A stretch of 64,000 nucleotides of DNA from Frankiaceae bacterium. GTDB taxonomy: Bacteria; Actinomycetota; Actinomycetes; JADGOV01. Made by a program: the position numbers and the translations under genes. The notes below the pieces were generated by a model that was given only the letters and a program-made list of their open reading frames with translations, was not told the DNA's origin and did not search any database. The DNA lies in the NCBI GenBank assembly GCA_017882785.1, contig JADGOV010000004.1:1521-65520 (forward strand), in the 5' to 3' direction. Positions 22,983 through 32,000 of the stretch are shown here, one piece after another (position 1 is the first letter of the stretch; every line of letters starts with the position of its first letter).

Positions 22983-24247
22983 CACCGGGCCTGCCACAAC
23001 GGAATCCGGATGCCGATGGTCGTGCCGACTCCGAGCTCGCTGGACATGGTGATCTGGCCACCGTGCCGGGACACGATCACCCGGGAGATCAGCAGTCCCA
23101 TGCCGGTACCGGGGATGCCCTCGGTCCGGGTGTTCGAGGCCCGGAAGACGTCGTGGAAGATCCGGTCCTGCTCCGCAACGGGGATGCCGATGCCGGTGTC
23201 CGCCACGTCGAGGGCCCATTGGGCACCCTCGCGCCTGGACCGCAGGCTCACCCGTCCCCCGGCAGGGGTGTACTTCACCGCGTTACCGACCACGTTGTCG
23301 AGAACCTGGGCCATTCGCTCCCGATCGACCTCGCTGCGAAGGCCGTCCTCGACCTCGTCCCCGACAAGGTCAAGGCCCTTCCGCTCGCTATAGGCGGCGC
23401 GGTGCCGCAACGCGTCGCGGGCCAGCTGACCTGTATCCACACTGGCCAGCCGCAGCGGCTCGTCCTCCCATTCCAGGGAGGCGATGAGCCGCAGATCCTC
23501 GACCAACCGGATGAGCCGCCGGGCGTTGCGCTCGATGACCTCGACGTATTCGGCCACAGCCGGGTCGGAGGTGCCGTCCAGGGACTCCGCCAGCAGTTCG
23601 GCGAAGCTCACCACCGAGGTGAGCGGCGTGCGCAGTTCGTGGGAGATCATCCGGGCCAGACCGGGCTCGCCGGGCTCGCCACGGCCGGCCGGCTCGTCCA
23701 AGCCGTAGATCACCAAACCCTGCACGGCCGGCTCGTCCCGCAGGTCGCGCACCACGGTGCGCAGGCTGCGGTAGCCGCCGTCGCGGTGGCGCACCCGCAG
23801 CGTGAACGGGGCGCTCGCGGCCGGCGGATCGCTGAGCTGACGTACCAAGCCGGCGCGGTCGTCCGGATGAACGAGCTCAAGCACTTCCACCGGAGGCTGA
23901 TCCTGCGGATAACTCAGCGTCTGCATCCCTTGCGAGGACAGCCATTGCCAGTTTCCGTCGGCGTCCAGCAGTCCGACCAACGCGGGGATCTGGTCGAGAA
24001 CGACCGCGCGCAGCCGATCGCTCGCGTCACCCGCCCCGATCTGCTCGGCCAGCGGGTGGCCACCGTCGGCCGCCAGAGCCACGGACGACCTCGGTGGTCC
24101 GGGGACGCCCGAGGGTGCCGAATCCGCCCCCGCCGGCGAGGACTGGCGCGGCACCGTCCGAGACGACGGAACATCCGAGGTCGGCTGCAGAGCCTGCAGA
24201 GCGCTCGGGTCACGGCTCGGGTCGGGGGTCACGTTTGGCACGCGCAC
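22982..24247 (-). CDS. cytoplasmic PAS-domain sensor histidine kinase
   Basis: PAS VHPDDR...RHRDGGY; SHELRTPL, NAVKYT, DTGIGI, GTGMGL; no TM helix. Start approximate. Confidence 0.9.
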   Translation of the reverse strand: MRVPNVTPDPSRDPSALQALQPTSDVPSSRTVPRQSSPAGADSAPSGVPGPPRSSVALAADGGHPLAEQIGAGDASDRLRAVVLDQIPALVGLLDADGNWQWLSSQGMQTLSYPQDQPPVEVLELVHPDDRAGLVRQLSDPPAASAPFTLRVRHRDGGYRSLRTVVRDLRDEPAVQGLVIYGLDEPAGRGEPGEPGLARMISHELRTPLTSVVSFAELLAESLDGTSDPAVAEYVEVIERNARRLIRLVEDLRLIASLEWEDEPLRLASVDTGQLARDALRHRAAYSERKGLDLVGDEVEDGLRSEVDRERMAQVLDNVVGNAVKYTPAGGRVSLRSRREGAQWALDVADTGIGIPVAEQDRIFHDVFRASNTRTEGIPGTGMGLLISRVIVSRHGGQITMSSELGVGTTIGIRIPLWQAR

Positions 24248-24263
24248 GGCCTGAGCCGGCGTG

Positions 24264-24350
24264 CCTGCCTTGGCCCTGCCATGACAGTGTCTTCGGCCCG
24301 CGTCGGGCCGGCCTGAAGCGAAGCGGGCTCGCCAGTGAGCCGCTGCCTAC
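24264..24350 (-). promoter_or_regulatory. copy A of a duplicated ~80-bp segment with a sigma28-like promoter (TTCA-N16-GCCGAAGA)
   Basis: Near-identical to 27619-27696; points toward the kinase operon. Confidence 0.55.
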
Positions 24351-24570
24351 GAGGAGAAAGTCGCGAGACCTGCTGCCCGTGAACGGCCATTGCGGCCCGG
24401 CGGCAAGCTGAGAAGCTGCCGATGAACGGCTGCTATCGTGGGGTCCTGGAATATGATTAGCAGATTCGCACAATGAGGTTCGGATCTTTTCTGGACGTCT
24501 CCCCCCAGCCCGGGCAGCTATCCATTACAGCCCTGCTGGCGGGACATTGGTTCCGGGAGACGTGGTGGGA

Positions 24571-26121
24571 ATGCGCATTCTGATATTCCATGGCTACCTC
24601 CTGCGGGGCACAGGAAGTAATATCTACAATACGGAGCTGGCCCGGTGGCTGGTCGATCTCGGCCACGAGGTACATCTGTTGTGCCAGGAAAGGCACGCGG
24701 CGGAATTCGATTTCGTGGATGCCGTCGGCCGCTGGCGTCACGGGCGGCTGGACGTCGAGGTCACGCGCCGTCCGGTCCGCTGTACTGCTTACCTCCCGGA
24801 CATCGGCGGCCTCCTGCCGGTCTATGTGGCCGATCACTACGAGGGATTCGACGCGCGCCCCTTTCCGGAGCTGACAGACGGTCAGATCGAACATTACATC
24901 GCGGCAAACACCGCCGCCGTTCGCGACGTCGTCGCGGCGGTCGAGCCGGACGGGGCCCTCGCGAACCACCTGGTGATGGGCCCGGTGATCCTGGCCCGCG
25001 CGCTGGCTGGCCGCGTCCCCTATGCGATCAAGATCCACGGTTCGGCCCTCGAGTACACCGTCCGGCCCAACGTCGGACGATTCGGCTCCTACGCCCGCGA
25101 GGGCCTGGCGGGAGCAACCGGGGTCCTCGTCGGCTCACGCCATACCGCCGAGAGCCTGTGGGAGGTCGTCGGTCTGCCGGACCTTCCGGCTCGCACCCGG
25201 CTCCTCCCGCCAGGTGTCGACGTCCGCAGGTTCCACCCCCGCCCGCCCGGGGAGGCCAAGGATGGGTTGCGTGCGCTGGCAGCACGCGTGGAGGCGGACC
25301 CGCCCACCTGGGGCGGGGAAGCCGACGCGGCGCAAGCCATCAGGGCAGCCGACCCCACCCGGGATCGGATTGTCAGCTATGTCGGGAAACTCATCGCCTC
25401 GAAGGGCGTGGACCTGCTCATTGCGGCCTGGCCACTGGTCATCGACCGCGCTCCTGACGCCCGCCTCATGATCGCCGGCTTTGGCGCCTATCGTCACGCG
25501 CTGCTCCAACTCGCCCGCGCCCTGGGCGAGGGCGATCTGGCGGCCGCGCGGGTCATCGCCAGCCGCGGACGGGAACTGGAAGGAGGGCCTCCGGGGGAGC
25601 TTCGCTACCTGGCCGCGTTCCTCGATGGCCTCACCGGCGCGGAGCAAGAACGCTACCTGAACGCCTCCCCGGCCGCTATGCGGCGTATCCATTTCACCGG
25701 GCGGATCGAACACGATGATGTCTCCGAACTCATGTGCGCGTCCCAGGCGGTGGTCGTCCCGAGTACATTCCCGGAGGCTTTCGGCATGGTCCTCGCAGAA
25801 GCCGCGTGTTGCGGGGCGATGCCGCTGTCGGCAGCCCACTCGGGGCTCGCGGAGGTGACTGAGGTGCTAGCGCCCGCATTGCGTAAGGACCTGCGCCCTC
25901 AGCTGTCCTTCCAGCTGGGCCCCGGCGCCGTGCGGGAGATCGCCGATAAGCTGGCTTGTTGGCTGTCGTTCACTGCGAACACACCGAATGCCTGGAGACA
26001 GGCCCGCGAGGACCTGGCCGATCTTGCCTGCGCCCAGTTTGGCTGGCAGGAAGTGGCCAAGGGTGTCGCGGCGGCCGCCCGGGGCCAGCTCGGCGGGCTG
26101 CCGCCCGTGCCCGTGGACTGA
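24571..26121 (+). CDS. GT4-family glycosyltransferase
   Basis: MRILIFHGYLLRGTGS, YVGKLIASKG, PSTFPEAFGMVLAEA (E-x7-E). Confidence 0.9.
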   Translation: MRILIFHGYLLRGTGSNIYNTELARWLVDLGHEVHLLCQERHAAEFDFVDAVGRWRHGRLDVEVTRRPVRCTAYLPDIGGLLPVYVADHYEGFDARPFPELTDGQIEHYIAANTAAVRDVVAAVEPDGALANHLVMGPVILARALAGRVPYAIKIHGSALEYTVRPNVGRFGSYAREGLAGATGVLVGSRHTAESLWEVVGLPDLPARTRLLPPGVDVRRFHPRPPGEAKDGLRALAARVEADPPTWGGEADAAQAIRAADPTRDRIVSYVGKLIASKGVDLLIAAWPLVIDRAPDARLMIAGFGAYRHALLQLARALGEGDLAAARVIASRGRELEGGPPGELRYLAAFLDGLTGAEQERYLNASPAAMRRIHFTGRIEHDDVSELMCASQAVVVPSTFPEAFGMVLAEAACCGAMPLSAAHSGLAEVTEVLAPALRKDLRPQLSFQLGPGAVREIADKLACWLSFTANTPNAWRQAREDLADLACAQFGWQEVAKGVAAAARGQLGGLPPVPVD

Positions 26122-27432
26122 TGAGGGTTCGCGCACGAATGACTCTCGTTTGGCTGGTACAAGCGATCGGCCGTGCGGACCGGAAATCAGGAAGAAGGGG
26201 TCAGTCTTCCCAGCGGCGAGGATGTACCAGGCGGTCGCCCCGGTGTGCAGCGACGCGTAGTAGGAGCCGCCGCCGCAGTCGCTGAGCCCGTTCCTCGAGG
26301 CCGATATGATGCCGAGGCCGTCGCTGTTCGGCCCGTGCGCCTGGGCATGGTAGATGTCCGACAAGTACTCTGCTGCCCTTGCGCCGTCCCCGGGACCGCC
26401 GCGCAGTTCAAGCGCGTCAGCGAGGTGCGCGGTTCCCTCGAACCAGACGCCCGTACGGTCTCCACCGCAGAAGCTCACGCCGCTGAAACCGCCGGCGGAG
26501 ACGGCGAGGTTCCGCACATCCCAACCGACCGATGCGGCGTAGCCGGGATCTCGCAAGGCGAGATATGACCAGCTGTTGACATCTTCGGGAGTCACACTGT
26601 CGTTGGGGGTCTTCCCGTCGCTGGTTGTTCCGATGTAGAACCGGCCTTGCCGTGCGTCCCACACCCCCGCGACGAAGCGTCTCGCCCACGCCGCCCTGAC
26701 CGACCAGGCCGGGTCGCGCGTCTTCATGGCAAGCAGGCTGAAGAAGGCGTAGAGGTCGATGTTGTGCTCGGCGGACTTCCATTCGATCTTCTGGCCGTTC
26801 GCCGACTCGCCGCCCGTGTACCCGCCCGGCCCCCGCGTGTCGTGGCAGTGGGCCTGGACCCAGTTCCCGATCGCTTCCGCTCCCGTGAGGTAAACCCTCC
26901 GGCCGGTGGCCGCGTAGAGCTGGACAAGGGCCTGGCCGGCCCACGCCATGGCTCCTACGTGGCTGGCCGCGTCGGTGACCGTCACATCGCTCGGGCTGCG
27001 CAGTGGGGCTGGCGAGTACGCGGCGCGAACGCGGCCGTCATGCTGCGGATCGTGCGCCTGCACATACAGCAGCCCGTTGCCGATGACCTCTGCCCTGGAC
27101 CGTCCGCCCGGGGTGCCTGCCGCCAGGTACGCATCGACGAGGAGCGCGTCGTCGTAGGTCTCCGAGGCCGTGAAGTGCTGCTGTCCGAGAACGCCCCCGG
27201 TGAAGCTCTGCACGAGGCGTGGGGTCGAGCCTGCGGCGTACTTGTCCATCATCTGGCTGAGGAACGAATAAGCATCCGCGACGCTGCTCTGCAGCTGCCT
27301 GGCCGGAACCTGCGCGGGCGGGCCCGCGGCGCCTCGATCCCCGGCTGGGGCGCAGCCCACGATGCCGGCCGTGGTTGCGGCCAGCACGGCTGCCACGGCA
27401 GCACCCGCCAGGTCGACCCGACTCATCGCCAC
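25867..27432 (-). CDS. predicted lipoprotein, possibly (alpha/alpha)-barrel glycosidase-like
   Basis: Signal peptide with IVGC lipobox; YDDAL, EHNIDL, VWFEGT and HTGATAWY motifs. The last ~85 codons overlap the GT4 gene in antisense. Confidence 0.65.
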   Translation of the reverse strand: MAMSRVDLAGAAVAAVLAATTAGIVGCAPAGDRGAAGPPAQVPARQLQSSVADAYSFLSQMMDKYAAGSTPRLVQSFTGGVLGQQHFTASETYDDALLVDAYLAAGTPGGRSRAEVIGNGLLYVQAHDPQHDGRVRAAYSPAPLRSPSDVTVTDAASHVGAMAWAGQALVQLYAATGRRVYLTGAEAIGNWVQAHCHDTRGPGGYTGGESANGQKIEWKSAEHNIDLYAFFSLLAMKTRDPAWSVRAAWARRFVAGVWDARQGRFYIGTTSDGKTPNDSVTPEDVNSWSYLALRDPGYAASVGWDVRNLAVSAGGFSGVSFCGGDRTGVWFEGTAHLADALELRGGPGDGARAAEYLSDIYHAQAHGPNSDGLGIISASRNGLSDCGGGSYYASLHTGATAWYILAAGKTDPFFLISGPHGRSLVPAKRESFVREPSSVHGHGRQPAELAPGGRRDTLGHFLPAKLGAGKIGQVLAGLSPGIRCVRSERQPTSQLIGDLPHGAGAQLEGQLRAQVLTQCGR

Positions 27433-27618
27433 TCTCCCGCCGTGGTCGTGGCGGTGAAGGTGGCCGGCGTCGATCTCACGCTTCTGGGGAGGCGCGGTGA
27501 CGCCTGCCTCCGCCGCCAGCCGCCGAGGCCCGTGGGACGGTTGCTGTCCCCTTGGCGTCCCTGGTGAGAGCCGGGGCGGTCGTCCTCGGCCGTGACGGTC
27601 AGGCTCAGCGCAACGCCC

Positions 27619-27696
27619 CCTGCCTCGGCCCCGCCAGTGTCTTCGGCCCGCGCCGGACCGGCCTGAAGCAGGGGGCCTGCCAGCGAGCTGCTACGA
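27619..27696 (-). promoter_or_regulatory. copy B of the duplicated segment with a sigma28-like promoter, directly after the yggT stop
   Basis: Minus strand TTCA-GGCCGGTCCGGCGCGG-GCCGAAGACACT; points toward the lipoprotein gene. Confidence 0.55.
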
Positions 27697-27981
27697 ACCG
27701 AGGTCGGCGACCACTGTCCGGAGGATGTTCACCAGGATGAACAGCACGAGGAAGGCCAGATCCAGCGCGACCCCGCCGATCCGCAGGGGTGGAATGATCC
27801 GTCGCAGCAGTCGCAGCGGTGGATCTGTGATCGAGTAGGTGATCTCCAAGACGATCACCATCACCCCGGTCGGCCGATAGCTGCGGGAGAGTTGGAAGAC
27901 CCACTCCATGACGAGCCGGAAGATCAGCAGGAGCAGGAAGATCAGCAGAGCGTCGCTCAACAGGCGAGCCACCAGTGCCAC
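27691..27981 (-). CDS. yggT: YggT-family membrane protein
   Basis: YSITDPPLRLLRRIIPPLRIGGVALDL; GGGAGG RBS; follows sepF. Confidence 0.93.
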   Translation of the reverse strand: MALVARLLSDALLIFLLLLIFRLVMEWVFQLSRSYRPTGVMVIVLEITYSITDPPLRLLRRIIPPLRIGGVALDLAFLVLFILVNILRTVVADLGS

Positions 27982-28045
27982 GAAAGTACGGCCTCCCTGC
28001 AGACCCGCAAATGGTGGCGGGGAACGCCACCTGCCTTCCTCCAGG

Positions 28046-28552
28046 CTAGCTCTGGTTGAAGAAGCCACCTTCGGCGATGCGCTGCTTGTCCTCGGCGGTG
28101 ATCTGAACGTTGGCCGGCGACAGGAGGAAGACCTTGGCTGTCACCCGCTCGATGCTGCCGCGCAAGCCGAAGATCAACCCCGCGGCGAAATCGACGAGGC
28201 GCTTCGCGTCGTTATCGTCCATCTCGGAGAGGTTCATGATGACCGGCGTGCCTTCGCGGAAATGCTCACCGATGGTCCGCGCCTCGTTGTAGGTGCGGGG
28301 GTGCAGTGTGGTGATCCGCTGAGGCGGGCGCTCCACCTTGGCGCCAGGCTCGACGGTGCGGACCGCGGTCGCCACTCCCGCGGGACGGGAATCCTCCAGG
28401 CGGCGCACGCTGCCAGCCCGAGGGGCGGGGTCCTCAGCGGCACGCCGAGGGTGTTCGCCGCTCTCGGCCTCGTCGAGGTCGACATCGTACCGATCGTCGT
28501 CATCCTCGACCAGGCCGAGGTAGACCGCCATCTTTCGCATCGCGCCGGGCAT
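28046..28552 (-). CDS. sepF: cell division protein SepF
   Basis: [40 protein letters not shown]. Confidence 0.96.
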   Translation of the reverse strand: MPGAMRKMAVYLGLVEDDDDRYDVDLDEAESGEHPRRAAEDPAPRAGSVRRLEDSRPAGVATAVRTVEPGAKVERPPQRITTLHPRTYNEARTIGEHFREGTPVIMNLSEMDDNDAKRLVDFAAGLIFGLRGSIERVTAKVFLLSPANVQITAEDKQRIAEGGFFNQS

Positions 28553-28654
28553 GCTCGCGGGTCCTCCGGCTTCTCGGTGCTGGGTGTACCTGTGTGTACA
28601 AATATTGGTGCGAATGTCGGCGCCTACTGGGGGTCCAACTGCGTGCCGCCGACC

Positions 28655-29410
28655 TTATCCCAGGAGCATAGGCGGACGGCTTCCGAAGACTGCTGTTCCG
28701 ACACGCACAAGCGTGGCGCCGCAGGCGATGGCCGCCTCCAGGTCGGCACTCATCCCGGCCGAGATCGTGGCGGCGCTCGGGTGGTTCGCCCGCAGCCGGG
28801 CAGAGACGTCGGCGAGCACTGCGAAGGCCGCCACCGGGTCGGCACCGAGGGGCGCAACAGCCATCACGCCGCCGAACCGCAGCGAGGCCGCGGCGGCGAT
28901 CCGGTCGGCCAGCGCCGGAACGTCGGCAGGGGCGGCCCCGCCACGGCCCGGCCGACCGGTTCCAGCGCCCAGATCGACAGGGTCCAGGCTGACTTGGACG
29001 AGCGCGCGCACCTGGCGTCCGGCGCGGTCCGCGCCGCGTGCGAGCGCGTCGATGAGGTCCGGTCGGTCGAGGGAGTGCACGACGGCCGCGTACCGGGCGA
29101 CCGAAGCTGCCTTGTTGCGCTGCAGGCGCCCCACGAAGTGCCAGCGCACGTCAAGATCGGCCAGCTCTGCTGCCTTGACCCTCGCCTCCTGGTCACGGTT
29201 CTCCCCCAGGTCGTTGATCCCCAGGGCGACGGCGACCCGGATGTCGGTGGCCGGGAAGGTCTTCGAGACCGCCACCAGGGTCACCTCCGCCGGATCGCGA
29301 CCGGCGTCGGCGCAGGCCGCGGCGATCCGCGCACGCACGGCGCGCCATCCCCGCAGGATCTGCTCCCGCCGAATCTGCTCCTCGGTGCTGGTCTGCTCGC
29401 CGCCGCTCAC
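28655..29410 (-). CDS. yggS: YggS-family PLP-binding protein
   Basis: VAVSKT, LGENRDQE, WHFVGRLQRNK, SAGMS, VRVGTAVFG. Confidence 0.95.
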   Translation of the reverse strand: MSGGEQTSTEEQIRREQILRGWRAVRARIAAACADAGRDPAEVTLVAVSKTFPATDIRVAVALGINDLGENRDQEARVKAAELADLDVRWHFVGRLQRNKAASVARYAAVVHSLDRPDLIDALARGADRAGRQVRALVQVSLDPVDLGAGTGRPGRGGAAPADVPALADRIAAAASLRFGGVMAVAPLGADPVAAFAVLADVSARLRANHPSAATISAGMSADLEAAIACGATLVRVGTAVFGSRPPMLLG

Positions 29411-29417
29411 CGGCGGC

Positions 29418-30173
29418 TCACCGGCGGACCACGACGCCCGCAAAGCGACCCGTGACCCCGGAGCGTCGGTAGGAGTAGAACCGCTCGTCCTCCGCGGTAC
29501 AGACCGCCTCACGGTGCACCTGCCGCACACCGAGACCGCGCAGGACCGTCACCGCGGTCCGCGGCAGGTCCAGCGACGGCGTGCCCCACCGGGTGGTCGA
29601 CACGCTCTGTGGCACCCATCCCGCGACCTGCGCTTGCAGGTCAGCCGGCACCTCGTAGCAGCAGCCCCCGACTGCCGGGCCGATGGCGGCCACCACTGCT
29701 GTCGGTTCACTCCCGTACGCGGCCATGGCGGCCACACACCGCGCCAGCACACCGGCCACCAGCCCGCGGCGCCCGGCATGGGCCGCCGCCACCACGCCGG
29801 CCACCGGGTCGGCGAGCAGGACCGGCACACAATCCGCGACGAGCACGCCGAGGGCGACCCCGGGGCGGTTGGTGACCAGCGCATCGCAGGTCGGAGTGAC
29901 CTCAGCGCCAGGCGGGTCGGCCCCCACGACGTGCACCGTCGCGCCATGCACCTGCCGGCCGAAGTGCACCCCGTCCACCCCGAGCCAGCTCGCGATGGCC
30001 GCTCGGTTGGCCCCGACCGCGGCCGGGTCGTCACCGACCGCAGCAGCCAGGTTCAACTCTGCGTACGGCCCCGTGCTGCATCCGCCCCAGCGGGTGGTGA
30101 AGATGCCGGTGACGTCCTTCGGTAGCCGGGCTACCAGCGGTGCCAGTCCAGCCGGCGGTGAGGCGCCGGCCAC
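29418..30173 (-). CDS. pgeF: peptidoglycan editing factor PgeF (YfiH family)
   Basis: QVHG, VADCVPVLL, AHAGRRG, CCYEV, FYSYRR. Confidence 0.94.
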   Translation of the reverse strand: MAGASPPAGLAPLVARLPKDVTGIFTTRWGGCSTGPYAELNLAAAVGDDPAAVGANRAAIASWLGVDGVHFGRQVHGATVHVVGADPPGAEVTPTCDALVTNRPGVALGVLVADCVPVLLADPVAGVVAAAHAGRRGLVAGVLARCVAAMAAYGSEPTAVVAAIGPAVGGCCYEVPADLQAQVAGWVPQSVSTTRWGTPSLDLPRTAVTVLRGLGVRQVHREAVCTAEDERFYSYRRSGVTGRFAGVVVRR

Positions 30174-31541
30174 CTACTTGAGAAAGTCGGGGATGTCGAG
30201 TTCGTCCGGGTCCTCATAGGCGGTCCGGCGAGCTGGCCCGGGCGGGGGCGCGGTCGGCCGGGCAGGCTCCCGACGGGGTGGTGCGGTCGGTTCGTAGCGC
30301 TGCTCAGTCCGTTCCCGACGCTCGACCGGCTCCGCCCGCTCGGACTCGGCCGCCCGGCCGGACTGCGCCGGATCCGCTCCGACCGGGGGCCGGGACGGGT
30401 CATCGAGGCGGATCTCGCGAGTTGGTTCCGTCGTCGCCGGCCGCGGCGGGTCGTCGAGGCGGATCTCGCGATGCGCGCTCGACAGGGGCTCGGGCTGACG
30501 CGGCTCGGGACGGTGGTCGCGACGGACCTCCTCCCGGCGCGGATCGGAGCGGCGCGGTTCGGGCACCCCGGGCGCGTCCCTTCGGCGCGTCGGCTGGCCC
30601 CCGTCGAAGCCAGCCGCGATGACCGTCACCCGCACCTCGTCGCCGAGCGCGTCGTCGATCACCGCGCCAAAGATGATGTTGGCCTCGGTATGCGCCGCCT
30701 CGCTGATGAGGCGTGCCGCCTCGTTGATCTCGAACAACCCGAGGTCGGAGCCACCGGAGATGTTGAGCAGGACCCCGTACGCCCCGTCGATCGAGGCCTC
30801 GAGCAGCGGGCTGGCGATGGCCATTTCCGCCGCCACCGCGGCCCGGTCCTCACCACGGGCGGAGCCGATGCCCATGAGCGCCGACCCAGCGCCAGCCATG
30901 ATCGACTTGACGTCGGCAAAGTCCAGGTTGATCAGGCCCGGGGTCGTGATGAGGTCGGTGATGCCCTGCACGCCGGAGAGCAGCACCTGATCGGCGGAGC
31001 GGAAGGCATCGATAAGGCTCACTTGCCGGTCGCTGATGGACAGCAGGCGGTCGTTGGGAATGACGATGAGCGTGTCGACCTCACTGCGCAGCTCGTCGAT
31101 CCCGCTTTCCGACTGCGTCGCCCGCCGCCGCCCCTCGAAGCTGAACGGGCGAGTCACCACGCCGATCGTCAACGCCCCAAGAGACTTGGCGATCCGGGCG
31201 ACCACGGGCGCGCCGCCGGTGCCTGTGCCGCCGCCTTCACCAGCGGTGACGAACACCATGTCGGCGCCCTTGAGCACCTCCTCGATGTCGTCGGAGTGAT
31301 CGTCAGCGGCCTTCCGGCCGACCTCGGGATTCGCCCCCGCGCCCAGACCCCTGGTCAGCTCCCTGCCGACGTCGAGCTTGACGTCGGCATCGCTCATCAG
31401 GAGTGCCTGCGCATCAGTGTTGATGGCGATGAACTCGACACCCTTGAGGCCAACTTCGATCATGCGGTTGATGGCGTTGACGCCGCCTCCACCGATGCCG
31501 ACGACCTTGATGACCGCGAGGTAGTTCTGCGGTGCTGCCAC
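30174..31541 (-). CDS. ftsZ: cell division protein FtsZ
   Basis: [26 protein letters not shown] and C-terminal ELDIPDFLK. Confidence 0.99.
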   Translation of the reverse strand: MAAPQNYLAVIKVVGIGGGGVNAINRMIEVGLKGVEFIAINTDAQALLMSDADVKLDVGRELTRGLGAGANPEVGRKAADDHSDDIEEVLKGADMVFVTAGEGGGTGTGGAPVVARIAKSLGALTIGVVTRPFSFEGRRRATQSESGIDELRSEVDTLIVIPNDRLLSISDRQVSLIDAFRSADQVLLSGVQGITDLITTPGLINLDFADVKSIMAGAGSALMGIGSARGEDRAAVAAEMAIASPLLEASIDGAYGVLLNISGGSDLGLFEINEAARLISEAAHTEANIIFGAVIDDALGDEVRVTVIAAGFDGGQPTRRRDAPGVPEPRRSDPRREEVRRDHRPEPRQPEPLSSAHREIRLDDPPRPATTEPTREIRLDDPSRPPVGADPAQSGRAAESERAEPVERRERTEQRYEPTAPPRREPARPTAPPPGPARRTAYEDPDELDIPDFLK

Positions 31542-31665
31542 GTTCTGCACGTCCTTATCGCGACGGCGGGCTGGGCGCGCGGCGTCCAGCTGACTGACGG
31601 AGGGGCTGTTGCCCGCTGATGGCGAGGGGAAGGCGCCACCGCAGCCGAACGCGTCGGCCGTGGGC

Positions 31666-31740
31666 TGAGCTTGAGCGTATCCGAGGCTTGCATCACCTTC
31701 AGGTTGAGGGTTACTGTGGCTCAACCTTCGGCTTAGGGCT
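31666..31740. promoter_or_regulatory. repeated motifs upstream of ftsZ resembling FtsR/BldC-type sites
   Basis: catcaccttcaggttgagggtta and ctcaaccttcggcttagggct, similar to the ...AGGTTGAGGGT motif reported upstream of actinobacterial ftsZ (recalled, not searched). Confidence 0.5.
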
Positions 31741-31857
31741 GGACACTAGACCGGCCACCTAGGCGGGTCAAGGACGCCGCGCGAGCCGTTCGGCGACGGT
31801 GCCTCACTGGTGCGTATTTGACCCACAAGCTCCCCCTGACCCGCACCCGCCGATCTC

Positions 31858-31921
31858 CGCCGATCATGCTCGAACGCGCGTTGCACAGCGCCGCGGAGGC
31901 TCACATCGAGCATGATCGGCG
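31858..31921. repeat. 64-bp palindromic intergenic element, copy 1
   Basis: CGCCGATCATGCTCGA...TCGAGCATGATCGGCG arms. Confidence 0.9.
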
Positions 31922-32000
31922 CGTTCCAGGGAGGCCGGATTCGCCCCGGGCGACTATCCGGCGACTGACGGCCATGTGCAGCAGGGGCCATCAGCCAGGA

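Noticed and set aside
27440..27610. Decayed copy of the kinase 5' region after promoter copy B
   Set aside because: Similarity (TVPR-like codons) is too weak to tell from chance in GC-rich sequence without an alignment score.
17992..27690. Integrative element or prophage
   Set aside because: No integrase, transposase, tRNA target or phage gene; only the internal duplication suggests an insertion.
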